Shown: piece after piece, positions 49,652 through 61,404 of the stretch | How the letters are laid out: each line of letters begins with the position of its first letter | Numbering within the stretch: the stretch's first letter is position 1 | DNA from: Amphiscolops sp. MND2022 | Lineage: Eukaryota | DNA length: 64,000 bases | NCBI GenBank assembly: GCA_964187785.1 | Contig: OZ076409.1 | Location: 81,594,001-81,658,000, forward strand | Reading direction: 5' to 3' | The notes under the pieces: generated by a model | What the model was told of the DNA's origin: nothing | What the model saw: the letters and a program-made list of their open reading frames with translations, nothing else | Databases searched by the model: none | Made by a program: the position numbers and the translations under genes

Positions 49652-51557
49652 TGTGTTGACCCTCATGTCGGAGCAACTCGTACATTTCAGATAGGTGGGT
49701 TGTGGATCCTGGATTCACTGGATCAATCTCATCCGTTTCCGTATTCGCTACTACAGGTGTTCCATTAGACAATGATTCTATCTTTGAAGACAGGTTTTCA
49801 ATCATAATAAGAATTTCCCTCTGTCTAGTCTCATTGTCTTTTATTCTCCTGCAGACGGAGTTTTCAATTTTCTCAGATATCTCAGAAAAATCCCTATCGG
49901 GGATACTCGGGATATTCTCCGTCCTCAGACTGGAAGCTTCTGGCTCACCCAGTGAACTGGTCAAGGGATCTCTCCTGGCTTTTCTCTTAGAAGATAGGCT
50001 TTTCTCTTTCTAGCATTTTAGTCGTCAGTGTACTATAGAGTTCAAAGGATTTCAGTCTCAAGATTTCGGCTAGGTAGAGGAGAAATTGAAGAATTCAAAC
50101 TTTATGGAATATCCAAGCAAAATGACAAAATATTTGCAAAATATAATTTTCAACAACTGAAATTAGTTTAACGGTTCCAACTATATATACTTTCTGCCCT
50201 CAAAAGCGGAGGAAAAATGAGCACACCTTTCAAACCTCGCTCAGCCCGGCGTCCTTCCAAGGCGGGGAAACCGGAAGTTCACTTCAGCTTTGTCGAACTC
50301 CTACCTTCGGTTTGTTAAGGCTTTCCGGGAAAAGCACGTGTCCACTTCCTGTCTGAGTTGCGACTCCGCTTCCCTTCGCCTCCAATTCCTGCCTTTTCAT
50401 GACGCCGAAGCTGAACTTGGCAGTGAAAAACTGAGTGAGTCACCAAATTGCAGCTGCTGAAAAAATACAAAATCGAAAAATGACGGTCAAGATTTACAGA
50501 ATAAATTAGTTTAATTCAGAAACTTCGAATACACTGCGCAAAAATCAATTTTAATACTAACAAACTAGCAAACAAGCTCATAACTTCACTTATGAAACGT
50601 TAACGGCATTGATAAAATGAAAATTGGAATAATCCCTGTCCCAGGCTGCGGTTCAGGACTTTCGGGATTTTATGCGGATTAGTATGAAAGAATAATATCA
50701 TAGTAACTGCAGTTGGGATTTTTTTGAGTTAAAATCAAACTGGAAACACTGTTAAGGTTAACATGGTTCGGTTAAATGGTAACTGATTCGAAATGGGCTT
50801 GATATGGTACTAATAATCATTAGATTACTTTGAGAGCAACAAAACCTAGGCCCAGACCGTGGTCTGGGCTGTCCAACATTTAACTTGATTTACATGGAAA
50901 AATAGCATCGTTTATTACTTTCAGCTGTCAATCGACGATTTCAATCATGGATATTAGTTGGCAGGTTCATTGGGAGAGGAAAATTATCATCAACATCAAC
51001 GCTTCCCATTTCTACAAAGGATTCTACAAATTTCTATTTCAGGCCACGACCCTGGCCACAGTACATGGTATTTGAAATTTAGCACAGATATATGTTTATA
51101 TGAACGATTACATGTACAGTGCCTTGTTAATTGTCTTTTCAAACATTTATACGTTTACAAATCTTCAATAGTAACGCGTTTTCTTGTTGGATTAAAGCGC
51201 GCAGCGCTTTCAATTCTCAGGCCGCTTGCCAGGCCGGCAATTCAGCTTACGATTTTGAGGCCACACGCCAGAACTGTTTCTAATTCTCAGGTCGTTTGCC
51301 AATCAGTATACTGCGCTTAATAATAATTATTTAGCTCCGTTTTAAATACTATTCAGTATAAATTAGCTCCGTTCATATTCTTCTTAATTTTAAATATTAT
51401 TATCAATTTAATAGCTCCGTTATTATATTTTATAGTAATATGTTAATTGTTTGTAGTTTGCTTACTGTCTTTTTTCCTTTGTTCTATTCCCATTTCCCTT
51501 CTCCATAGACTGCGCTTAGTTCGTTGCAGTGTTCACAACTTAGCTGGGGCTGTGGCA
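49652..51557 (-). repeat. 3' LTR of element B (~1.9 kb) containing a gag N-terminus (~50017-49652)
   Basis: Minus strand starts TGCCACAG and ends GGTCAACACA. 50490-51557 is homologous to 59720-60684. Coiled-coil-like ORF 49605..49964 runs to the LTR end (...HEGQH). Confidence 0.75.
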
Positions 51558-52023
51558 GTCCTCGGTTTCCTTGCGCTGTCTCGTCGGAGAGAATGAATTG
51601 GGAGATAGAACGAATTGGTGCTTCGAATATAGTCGATAAATCGTCTCGCATTGAATCGTATGACAACCAAGTGGAGTCTGTGTGCCAGTCACAGCCCGAG
51701 CAGTATCCATTGGAGCAACTGTAAGCGCTAATAGGACTGAGAAAGATGTCGTCAGGGATGACTGGATTATCTTGTGCGAAGCGTCTTTTGATGCCTTGTT
51801 CGTTCTCCACGTTGGTAGTGTCAACAGGCGGCTGTTCGTGAACTAGGACCACGTGTTGATCCTGCGTCTTGATGATCTCATAAGTGATGGCCGCTCGCAG
51901 TTGATAGAGTACTTGATGATTTGGCGGCGGTGTACTGGGCCTTTCATCCGAGTGGTTTGTTTGATCGCGGTCAAGATTAAAAATATCTTCATTTGTTTGA
52001 TCGTTTATAATAGCATTCTCCAT
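51484..52023 (-). CDS. Sense accessory ORF of element B (179 aa, acidic, CSNGYCSGCDWH and CEHC motifs); runs into the 3' LTR
   Basis: Intact ATG-TAG ORF. The C-terminal SCEHCNELSAVY is also encoded at the start of the other LTR copy (60611-60684). Confidence 0.7.
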   Translation of the reverse strand: MENAIINDQTNEDIFNLDRDQTNHSDERPSTPPPNHQVLYQLRAAITYEIIKTQDQHVVLVHEQPPVDTTNVENEQGIKRRFAQDNPVIPDDIFLSPISAYSCSNGYCSGCDWHTDSTWLSYDSMRDDLSTIFEAPIRSISQFILSDETAQGNRGLPQPQLSCEHCNELSAVYGEGKWE

Positions 52024-52247
52024 TGTGTTGTAATAACAAGCTGAAAGTCCGCCAATTTTCAGTACGACTGAAATATCCGGCTCTGTGAAATTCGTTCACA
52101 CCGTTTGTGTTAAGCTGTGAATTGTTCAGCTGGCAGACCGAACAACTCTCTTTATATAGTAGATATCTTTTAATAGTGGTAATTCCTGGTTTTACGCCTC
52201 ATCTTTTTTAAATTTTATGTCGATTGTTACTTTCAGATTGTTTTGGA

Positions 52248-55200
52248 ATGAGTTCCACTGAAGATGATAATGCTGTGTTGTGTCGAAGTCGGGAAGTCAC
52301 ATTGAAGGAAAGTGAAGCTGATGTGGAATCAGTTGTGGAGTCAGTTGTTTAGGGAGAAGGACAAGTTGTTGCTGTTGTCGAGGATGAAAATGGCGAGGTC
52401 GTTTCTGTCGTTGCAGATGATTCCAGGATGCGTGGATTTGGCGAGAAAGATGATTCTGCCGATGACCCCGGGGTGGAAGTTGGAAGCTGTGCTTAAACAG
52501 CGTCGTTCCATTCAGCTACCATTGATATAGACTACGGCACGATATAGACTACTTAGCAAGCAAGAAAGGTAACTTTTCTAGAAAATAAATGTGTGGCCGG
52601 CCCTTTCTAGTTGAGTGTGAACGCGTTCTTTTTACTTCTACTTTCGCAGCGACTGATGATGATCTTGACGAGGATTACTGCCCGGGCGGCAAATCAAAAT
52701 TGTCTAAGAAGAAATTGCGGTGGAGTCGGATATTGTCGACCAGTAGTCTCCGGTCATCCAAAGGAGTACGGTTGGCCAGTCTCATGGCGGAGTCAGTGTC
52801 CAAGCCCCCTCACACTGATGGACAGTTCTGGCGAAGAGTATGACCCTCCAACAATTTCTGCCTCCAAGACCCTTGAAAGTAGGTATTCTTGCGTCTTTCT
52901 TGTTGCTCCTAATGTACTTTGTCGAGAGGAGCTTGTGGGTGAAGTTCGGTATTCCTTTTTATGTACATCTATGTTGTGTTTTGTAGTCACTGGTCTGGAT
53001 TCTGGGCATGGAGTTGAGTCTTCTGGTGGTAACGACGTTTTCGTGTGTGAGGCCGCTCTGGATACGCCTGCCCAGAAAAGTGATGTCGTTTAAATGCTCC
53101 CTGCCGAGTCTTCTCGCCATATTAGAACCCAACATGGACGAGCTGCCGTTGGAGTAGAAGCATCAGTAGTCTACAATGACTGGGACAAAGATAAAGTGTT
53201 TTACGTGTTGTTTTATGGGTGTTGATTTGCTGTGCTCGTGCCACTGTTTTGTTTTTCACTTTTGTCTTGTTGGTGATATCCTGATGGGTGTAGTGCTCCA
53301 GTACATGCGAACTAGTGTTGTTTTAGTTGGCTTGCCTGCTGTATCACCTGGATCTCCTGTGGTGATGACTGCTGCCCAGTGCTTGCTGTTGGCTCGAAGC
53401 GCTGCTCGGGCCGAGCGGACCGAGACTTTGAAAGAAACAAAGACGCTAGCTAAACGTAAGTGTAATTTTAGGGATAATGTTTTGTTTCTTCGTGTCCTTC
53501 TGTGTTGCTCATTGGTTGCTCCGACTGTTTGTCGTTCGGCTGTTTCTGTTTTCTATTGTGTTTCTGCGTTTACAGCTCGTTTTCGTATGGTTTGTTCATT
53601 TGATGAATCGTTGATGGATATACTGTTTTAGAATTGAAAGGACTGTCCCAGCTGTTGACGACCAAAAGTTTTGATGCAAGTGATCCCGGTCGCATCCTGG
53701 ATTCAATTGAATTGAAAAAGGAGAGGCTGCTTGCTTGAGATGTAGAAGATGCCAAGAAACAAACTGAGTGACAAGTCCTGACGAAAGCAATGAGTAATCA
53801 CCCTGTGCCTCGGTTGTTTGTGAGTCTACACAATGATAAAAGCCCAAATGACTTTAATTGTGCCATCAGCCACAAGGATGTATCATTTCGGTCTCGGGGG
53901 CCCCGTGGGTTTGGCGTGATTTCAAGTGTAAGGTGCATTTGGCAAAGGACCAGAGTTATCGAATGGATCAAGAAGATGTTATTTACACGGACAAATTTGA
54001 TGCAATTCCCGTTGCAGAAATCTCGGCTGAGCTGCGGGCTGAAATTGAGAAGACACCCCCGTTACCTTAGGGAAGATGAACAAGTTTCTTGAAGACGACG
54101 TAGATGCGTTGGTTGGTGTCCCTTCCAACGTGCCTCCCACTACCCTAGTCGGCCTCTCGCTGGAGTTATTGAGGAGCGGTGGTTTCCAAGTGTTTCTGCG
54201 CCGCTTGTGGGATCAATTTCGGACCACTCTGCCCGTGGAAAGTCCGTATGCATCAGTCACATGGAGCAAGACAGAAACTGCTGTTGTGCTGGTACAGACC
54301 TTGTATCCTCGAGTTCTGCGGCGCGTAAAATCATGGCAAAATCGTGGTGCTGCGTCGATTGAGGCCTACATTCGCAGTTTGTCGCGGGCCCTGTCGCCTG
54401 CCTCGACTCGTCGTTGTCCAATTGCTATCGAAAATTGTCCGCCTATTCTGTTTAATTCTTATGTCGACTGGTGCCGACTGGTGGGACGTCCTGTACCCAT
54501 CGTCTCTGTGTCCTTTGATGCTGAGCTTTTGTGACAGCTTGTGAATGATGCTAGTTTCGCGTGCGTGGGCTCAGTGGAACCATTTGCTGCTGTTGAGTAT
54601 CTCGTACAGCGTCTCAAGAGAGTGCGTCAGCAAGCGTGGCTGTTGGAATTGCCTCAGTTGCGTCTTTGTTTTGAGACTGGTGATCTGCTTTCTGTGCCCT
54701 CTGTGAGATATTGCAGGAACTGTTGGACCATTGGGAAGATGTGAAGCTGTGCCTGTCTAATGACGTATTCGTGATGAGGAAATCAGCTAATCTGGTGGAC
54801 TTGGACTCTTTGCTGTTTTCAGACCGGTTGGGTCTTCCACGACTAGCATTGTTGCATGTCGTCCTGCTGTAATTCTGCGCCAACTGTAAGAAGGTTTTTG
54901 ATCCCAATGTCCGGGAATGTGCCCGTAGGAGGTTCATTGACTTCTGCTTCTTTTACTGGAGCTTGTTGAGTAATGTCAAGAAGGTGAGCCAACTGCCTTC
55001 TGTCGACGATTAGTTCGACTACATTGACAAGCCGCTCAATAGTTGGGCTAATGTGCCAGTATGCGAATGTCTCCAGAGCGAGGCGAGTATCCAGAAAAGT
55101 TTGCGGGGGTTCGAGGTGTCTCCACGTCTATCCTTCTTGAGAGAGTGTCAAGGCTACTTATTTGAGCTTCCGAAGCAGCTGAGTTCTTGCCCTTATTCTA

Positions 55201-55900
55201 GCTCCCGTTTTGCTCGCTCTCTCAGTTGTCTCAGTGTGGATATGTTGTTGGGGGTGATGCTGACTACGTCGTCAGACTGTTTCAAGATCTGGCTGCCTGT
55301 CTGCAGGAGGCTGGGTATCTGGATGATCTGGATCGAGAGTCTTCTGTTAATGAGTTCAAGTCGTTAGTCGTGGATCTGCGTCAGTTGTCGATGGACTCGT
55401 CTCAGATTTTTGATGTGTTTGCTTATCTGGAGACTATTGGGAGTTACCAATGCCGAACTCATGTGCGACAGGTGGTTCGTCTTGTGCCTGTCATTATGTG
55501 TCCGGTGTCTGGTGCGATGCATGTTGTGGATATGTCTGTCAGTGGGAAAAATTTGCAGGCAAGTGTTTTTCGTTCTGGTCTGTTTGCTGTTCAGTCGTTT
55601 GTCCTCCAGCCGAAGGTTATGTCGTCTGATCTTTTGACGTTGGATTGTGTAGAGGAATTGAATGTCAACCTGCCTGTTTGTCATCAGTTTCTGGCTCGTG
55701 ATTCTTTTGATCCTTGGGTTGGGGTGAGGTCATCCCACTGAAGACATTTATAACAGTCTATTCCAGTGCTACACCGCCTACTTTTCTGGCCAGGTTGATG
55801 AATGGAGGGCTCGGGTCTGTTCGGGTCAGGCAACGTTTTGGGTGGACTCCAGTTCTGCATCTGTTGCTGACGTTGGCCCCGCTGGCGTCTCGGACAAAGG
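52248..55900 (+). pseudogene. Antisense accessory gene of element B, homologous to 40254-44493, degenerate
   Basis: FNCAISHKDVSFRSRG..VWRDFKCKVHLAKDQSYR finger. C-terminal VVRLFQDL...SSVNEFKSLVVDLR...DVFAYLE...RTHVRQVVRL...FDPW parallels A's ALKHFDML...LCRDQYMQLLDHLR...DLIEFLV...RAHLFHLFKL...YDPW. Candidate introns 52569-52649 and 53456-53631. Confidence 0.7.
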
Positions 55901-56281
55901 GGCAAGGTGCTTTAGTGACTACATCTTTATCTAAGGCTAGTGGGAGAAAAATTAGCGCCCCGGCAATTTTTGTTGAAAACTATCACTTGTGTAAACTTTT
56001 TGTTGATCAACTTTGTATTGTTTGCCTTGTGTATAGTATTTGATGTATCTGTTGTTCCACATTGGGATATTTAATAGTTCCGTGTTTCGGTTCCAAACAA
56101 AATTATAGTGTGCTCTGTTCGAGTAGAGCGAGAGAAAAGGATATGAAATAGGATAGAATAAAAAACTTTGTGGGCGGCTCATTGGTCCATTTGGTTTTTT
56201 GGAATTTATCTTTTAGCCTCTGTATCGTTTTCGTCCGAGTCGAGGTCCGCCAAAACCTGTGTTTCTGGGCTGTCGTCTGGG

Positions 56282-59200
56282 TCATTGTTTGAATCTATCG
56301 AATTTGCTGAATTGGTTTCTAGAGCATTGTAGTATGCGATGTCCGGCTTCCAGTTTGAGGTCGGGTTCGGCCGAAAATTGTATTTTGATTTTCGGGGGAT
56401 TCAGGAGTTTGTATAGCATCTTCAGGTTTGTGTGGGGTATTTGGGTTTGGGCTTTCTTCTTGGGTGTCGGCGTCGTCAATTACTTCCTGGGGTTCTTGCG
56501 TTGGATCGAGGGTCGGGGGGTCTGGGTATAATGACAACTGTTTTCCTCCTGGGTCAAAGTGTGAGACATTGGGTTCAGGTTGTTTGACTTCGAAGGGGGG
56601 GTTATTGGTGGTTGGTAATTTTCTTGCCACGCTAATGCATATAAGTTGTCATACTGTATGGCAACTTCATTGTCCTGCTGGAAATCCGTGGGGGTATTGA
56701 GATATCAGGCAGTTTGTGGTTACTAGTGAATGGTCGTAACCTGATTCTGTGTAAGATCTGGGTGAGGTTTATTTGGAGTTTTCGGATTAAATAGTTGTTA
56801 TTTGGTAGGGTTTTGACCACGATATATGGCCCCGTCCAAAGGTATTCCCGAAACGGCAATTTTGTTGTTTGGCTTTGCGACTTTGGATGTAGTGCATAGC
56901 AGTAATCATTTACTACCAGGGGGTTGGCTGATGCCTTCTTATCATAATAATGTTTATGACGGACGTAGGATTGCATCAGTGACTGCTGGATTTGGTTGAT
57001 AATTTTCTTTGTCTGTTGAAGTACTCCTTCAGCTATTTCATTGCTGGTTAGTGTTTCGGGTGGGCGTTTGAGTCCATACTTCAAGTCGAATACGTTGTAG
57101 GGTACTCTCCCGTGGAAGACCCTGCTGGGTTCGCATCCCAGTGACGAGTGATAGGATGTGTTATAGTTTAACATTGCCATCGGTAATAGCTGATGCTACA
57201 TTGTTCGTCGCTCTCCTGTCATGATTTTTGAGGCTTTCTTTGAGGGAGGCATGGGATCTCTCCAGGATGCCTATGGTTTGTACATGCTTGGTTGTGGCGT
57301 GTTTTAGTTGGATGCACAGGACTCCAGTAGTTTGTTTCATTGCTTCGGAAATAAACTGAGAGCCGTTGTCAGTGATTATTGTTGCCGTTATATAGTAGTG
57401 TCTGGTGAAGATGTCGGTTTACACACGGGCCTTTGTTTTTGTGTCGACACGGGCAACGTTGTATGCGAAGAGATTTCGCGAAAAGACGTCCATAGCGGTG
57501 ATGATGGCATTGTTTCCAACTGACCGGTCATCGAATGGTACAATGTCCATTTGCATTGCGTCTTCGGGTCCCATTGCTATTTTGGACATGTCGATTAAGG
57601 GTGGGGTGATGATGCTATTTGGCTTCCTCTTTGTTTGTAAGCTTTCCTTACACTGTGATATGTGTTGGCATATTTTAGGTGCCAGTCCTGGGTAGTAGTA
57701 GCGTTCACGGCACTGTTGGAATACTTTAGCGATGCCTGGATGTTTGCCAAACATCCCGTGCTGCTGCGGGATGAACTCGTCTACTAGTTGTTTGGGCAGT
57801 AGGACTTGGAAATATTTTACTTTTCCTGTGTATCCAAAATATTGTCGGTATAGAAGCCTATCCTTGATGATGATGTGGTCTTCTTGGGCAAGGTACTTCG
57901 CTGCTCGACAATCCTCATTTAGGAGTTGATTGACATAGGGCTCTTCCAGTATTTTACGTTTGATGTTCCCGAGGATGCGGTCCTGGTTTTGATGCGGATT
58001 GTGGCTGCGTGGAAAGTTGTTGTCTTCGTGGATTTTGCGCCTTTGTTCACTATCCCGGTCTTGTATGTTGTTACATACCAATGAAAGGTTCTGCGTTTGA
58101 GAGTCTGTATTAGGGGAGTTCGTTCGCCGGTTCTGGTTGTTCGTTTGGGGGGTATACACGTTTTTCCTTTCTTTTTGTTTACGTTCCCAGATATCTTCCT
58201 CAGTCTCAGAGTCGTTCCTCTGGTAGGAAGTAGAATTGGTCGTCTTCATGTATGTTTGACGATTGGATGTTGACCAGTATCGGCGTCGTTTGGATGTCTT
58301 CTCTGGGTTGATGTCCAGGCGGGAGAGGAAATCAGCCGCCGTGTTCATTCTCCCTGGGACATGGGCAATTTTAAAACGAAACTGTAATACGCAGTCGCAG
58401 GCGTTCCAAATGGAAGATGGAATCATTTTGGTTTGAAAAAACCTGGTGACTGATTTGTTGTCTGTTAAGACAATTGTTGGCTTGGAGGAGCCCCACAGTA
58501 TGTGGCTGTTCTCCATGAAAGCAAAGTAGATTGCCAAAAATTCCTTGACGTAAACTGACATTTTCAATTGTGAAGGGGAGAATGTTTTGGAGCCAAAGGC
58601 CACTGGGGCATACGTCGTTTTGGTGGATGTGTTCTTTTGCTCTGGATCCTCCTCGGTCATTAAGGCGTAACCCGCGTTCTTGAAATTAGCATCGGTCATC
58701 AATACAAACTGCCGGTTTGGCAGCGACAGTCTGAGCCAGAGTCCACAAGCATTGTCAAAAGACTTGTTGATGGCCTCGAGGTTGATTTTGGCTGGTTTAT
58801 CGGTTTTTATGAGCTCGTGAAAAAGGGCGATTTTCTCTGACAATCGTGGGATGTAATTTCGATACTAATTTACAACACGATGTAACTTTGGAGCTCTATT
58901 TTGTTCGTGGGAACTTAAAATTTGTAGGTACTTTTCAATCTTGTGGCTCTGGGGTGCCATGCCTGCTGGAGAGATCGTCCGTCCAAGAAATTCGACTTCC
59001 TTGGCACCGAACTGGCATCTGGCCATTGTAAGCCGGAGTCCTGCTGTGCGGACGTTTTGGAAGACCTCTCTCGAATTGTTTTTCAAATTTCGGGAGTGTT
59101 TGTGGCTATCCCAATGTCATCCACATACTGTGCGCATTTATCCGCCTTTCTGGCTTTGTCCAGATACTCCCTTATAAAGTTGGAAAACGATGACAGTGAG

Positions 59201-59715
59201 CGGCTAAGCCCTTGGGCCAGTCTGAGGTAAACAAACGTCCTGCTGGCGAAGTTGAAGGCGAGAAGTTGGACTGACTTCTGATCTGCCATTTGCAGTACAT
59301 CATAAGCTTGCGAACAGTCAAGCTTACAAAACAACTTTTTGTCAGCAAGGTGCTGTGCTGTGTCCGTTAGCGTACTGACAGGATGAATATTGTTGATGTA
59401 ATCATCGGATATCAAGTTATTGATCATTCTGATGTCTACTAGCAGGCAGTTTGCCATCTGGTTTTCGTTGAGCAAAGATCGGGCTGGCATTCTAGCTAAC
59501 CGGAAGGGTTGTCATGATTCCGAAGTAATGCATCAAGGCTAGTTCGACTGTCAAATTCTCTTTTAAGTTGATAGGGCAGGGCAGGCTCTGAGAATAGACC
59601 GGTTCGTCTGTCTTCGGGGTTGGTTTGATCTTGAATTCCTGATTGATGCCAATGTCTAGCCTGTGTCTGGCGAATATATCATTGAATTCGACGAGGGCTT
59701 GTCCAATGTTTTACG
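56282..59715 (-). pseudogene. pol: Pol of element B (RT, RNase H, integrase), many frameshifts
   Basis: LDCSQAY, CAQYVDDIG, APVAFGSKTFS, KHPGIAK, MQMDIVP, GPYIVVKTL. Confidence 0.9.
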
Positions 59716-59719
59716 ATCA

Positions 59720-60684
59720 AGTTTTACAGAATAATTTAAATTATTTCGGCAACTTCGAAAATACTGCGCAAATTATAATGCTAATACTAACAAACTAGCA
59801 AACAAGCTCATAACTTGACTTATGAAACAATAACGGCATTTAAAAAATGGAAACTGGAAGAATCCCTGTCCCAGGCAGCGGTTCAGGACATTTGGGAACT
59901 TATGCGGATTAGCATGGAAGAATAATATCATAGTAACTGCAATCGGAATTTGCATGAGTTATAATCACACTGGAAACACTGTTTAGGTTAACATGGTTCG
60001 GTTAATTTGATATTCATTCGAAATGGGCTTCATATGGTACTAATAATCATTAGATTACTTTCAGAGCAACAAAACCTAGGCCCAGGACGTGGTCTGGGCT
60101 GTCCAACATTTAAACTTGATTTACATGGAAAAATAGCATCGTTTATTACTGTCAAATGTCAATCGGCAATTTCAATCATGGATATTAGGTTGCAGGTTCA
60201 TTGGGAGGGGAAAACTATCATCAACATTACCGCTTTCCATTTCTACAATGAATTTTAAAAATTTATATTTCAGGCCGCGTCCTGGGCCACAGTATATGGC
60301 ATTTCAAATTGAGCACAGATATATGTTTATATGAACGATTACACGTACAGCGCCATGTTAATTGTCTTCTCAAACATTTATACGTTTACAAGTGTTCAAA
60401 AGTAACGCGTTTACTTATTGGATTAAGGCGCGCGGCGCTTCCAACTTTCAGGCCGCTTGACAGGCCGGCAGTTCAGCTTGCGATTTTGAGGCCACACGCC
60501 AGGCCGCGGGACTGCGTTTCTAATTCTCAGGTTGTTTGCCAATCAGTATACTGCGCCTAATATTTATTATTTTGCTCCGTTTTAAATGACAACTAGTATA
60601 AATCCTTTGTTCTATTCCCATTTCTCATCTTCATAGACTGCGCTTAGTTCGTTGCAGTGTTCACAGCTTAGATGTGCTGTGACA
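59720..60684 (-). repeat. Truncated 5' LTR of element B
   Basis: Homologous to 50490-51557. Minus strand begins TGTCACAG and is fused directly to RT-coding sequence at ~59715. Confidence 0.8.
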
Positions 60685-61062
60685 ACGTACCTGTTGCGAA
60701 TTGATTATGCTGATAGATGTTTTTCGTGAAAGTTAGATACGTAATCTTTCAGTTCGCGGCTGGACTAGGTTGGGATTCAGTGCCCCTCGGATACGGGAGA
60801 CGACACAGCTGGACAGCCAGATTGCGAAAATGGCACTAACCTACTCTTTAAATAAGGTAAACCGTTACTAGCCAATTCTAAACAGAAAAATGAAAATCTC
60901 TACCAAAATGAACAGAATAAAATAATTTCACACCTTACCGCCAACGAGTTTAAACAACGCCGGAAATAAAACCATTATCCCACCCGAAAATAAAATTTGC
61001 GAAATGCGTTTCAATTAAGATCATAGACGAATCTAAAATAGACAAAACGCGAACGTCTATAC

Positions 61063-61404
61063 TTGGCGCTATATCTAAGGCTCAAAAAACGCAAAACATT
61101 TCTTTGGTTGGAAAAAATTTGTAACTTTTGAAAATTTTTCGCTTTCGGAAAATGTCGCACAGTGCCGAAAAAAATTCGATAGGGGGGACTCTTTGGTCCC
61201 GTCCGGTATTGTACGTTACCTTGAAAAAGTAAAAAACGAAAGGGGGCCTTCGCATTAAACTTGGCGGGGCCCCATGGTTGGCGCGTTCGGTGGTTTCGGG
61301 ATTGTTTCTAAAAAATGGACCGTCAGTAAGAGGGTTTTAGTCTGAAGAAAAAAAAGGTCACTGCTATAGTTGGGTATTTTTCCTTAAAAGGATAAAGCGC
61401 CGAA
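61063..61404. mobile_element. Possible short non-autonomous repeat with imperfect terminal inverted repeats
   Basis: TTGGCGCTATATC ... GATAAAGCGCCGA. The end resembles the reverse complement of ~12920-12945. Confidence 0.35.

Larger units (their letters stand above)
49652..60684 (-). mobile_element. Ty3/Gypsy element B, same architecture as A but a different family; most of gag, the protease and part of the 5' LTR are deleted
   Basis: Diverged LTR copies at 49652-51557 and ~59720-60684. Flanks ACGTC/ACGTA. Pol fragments are homologous to A. Confidence 0.85.
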
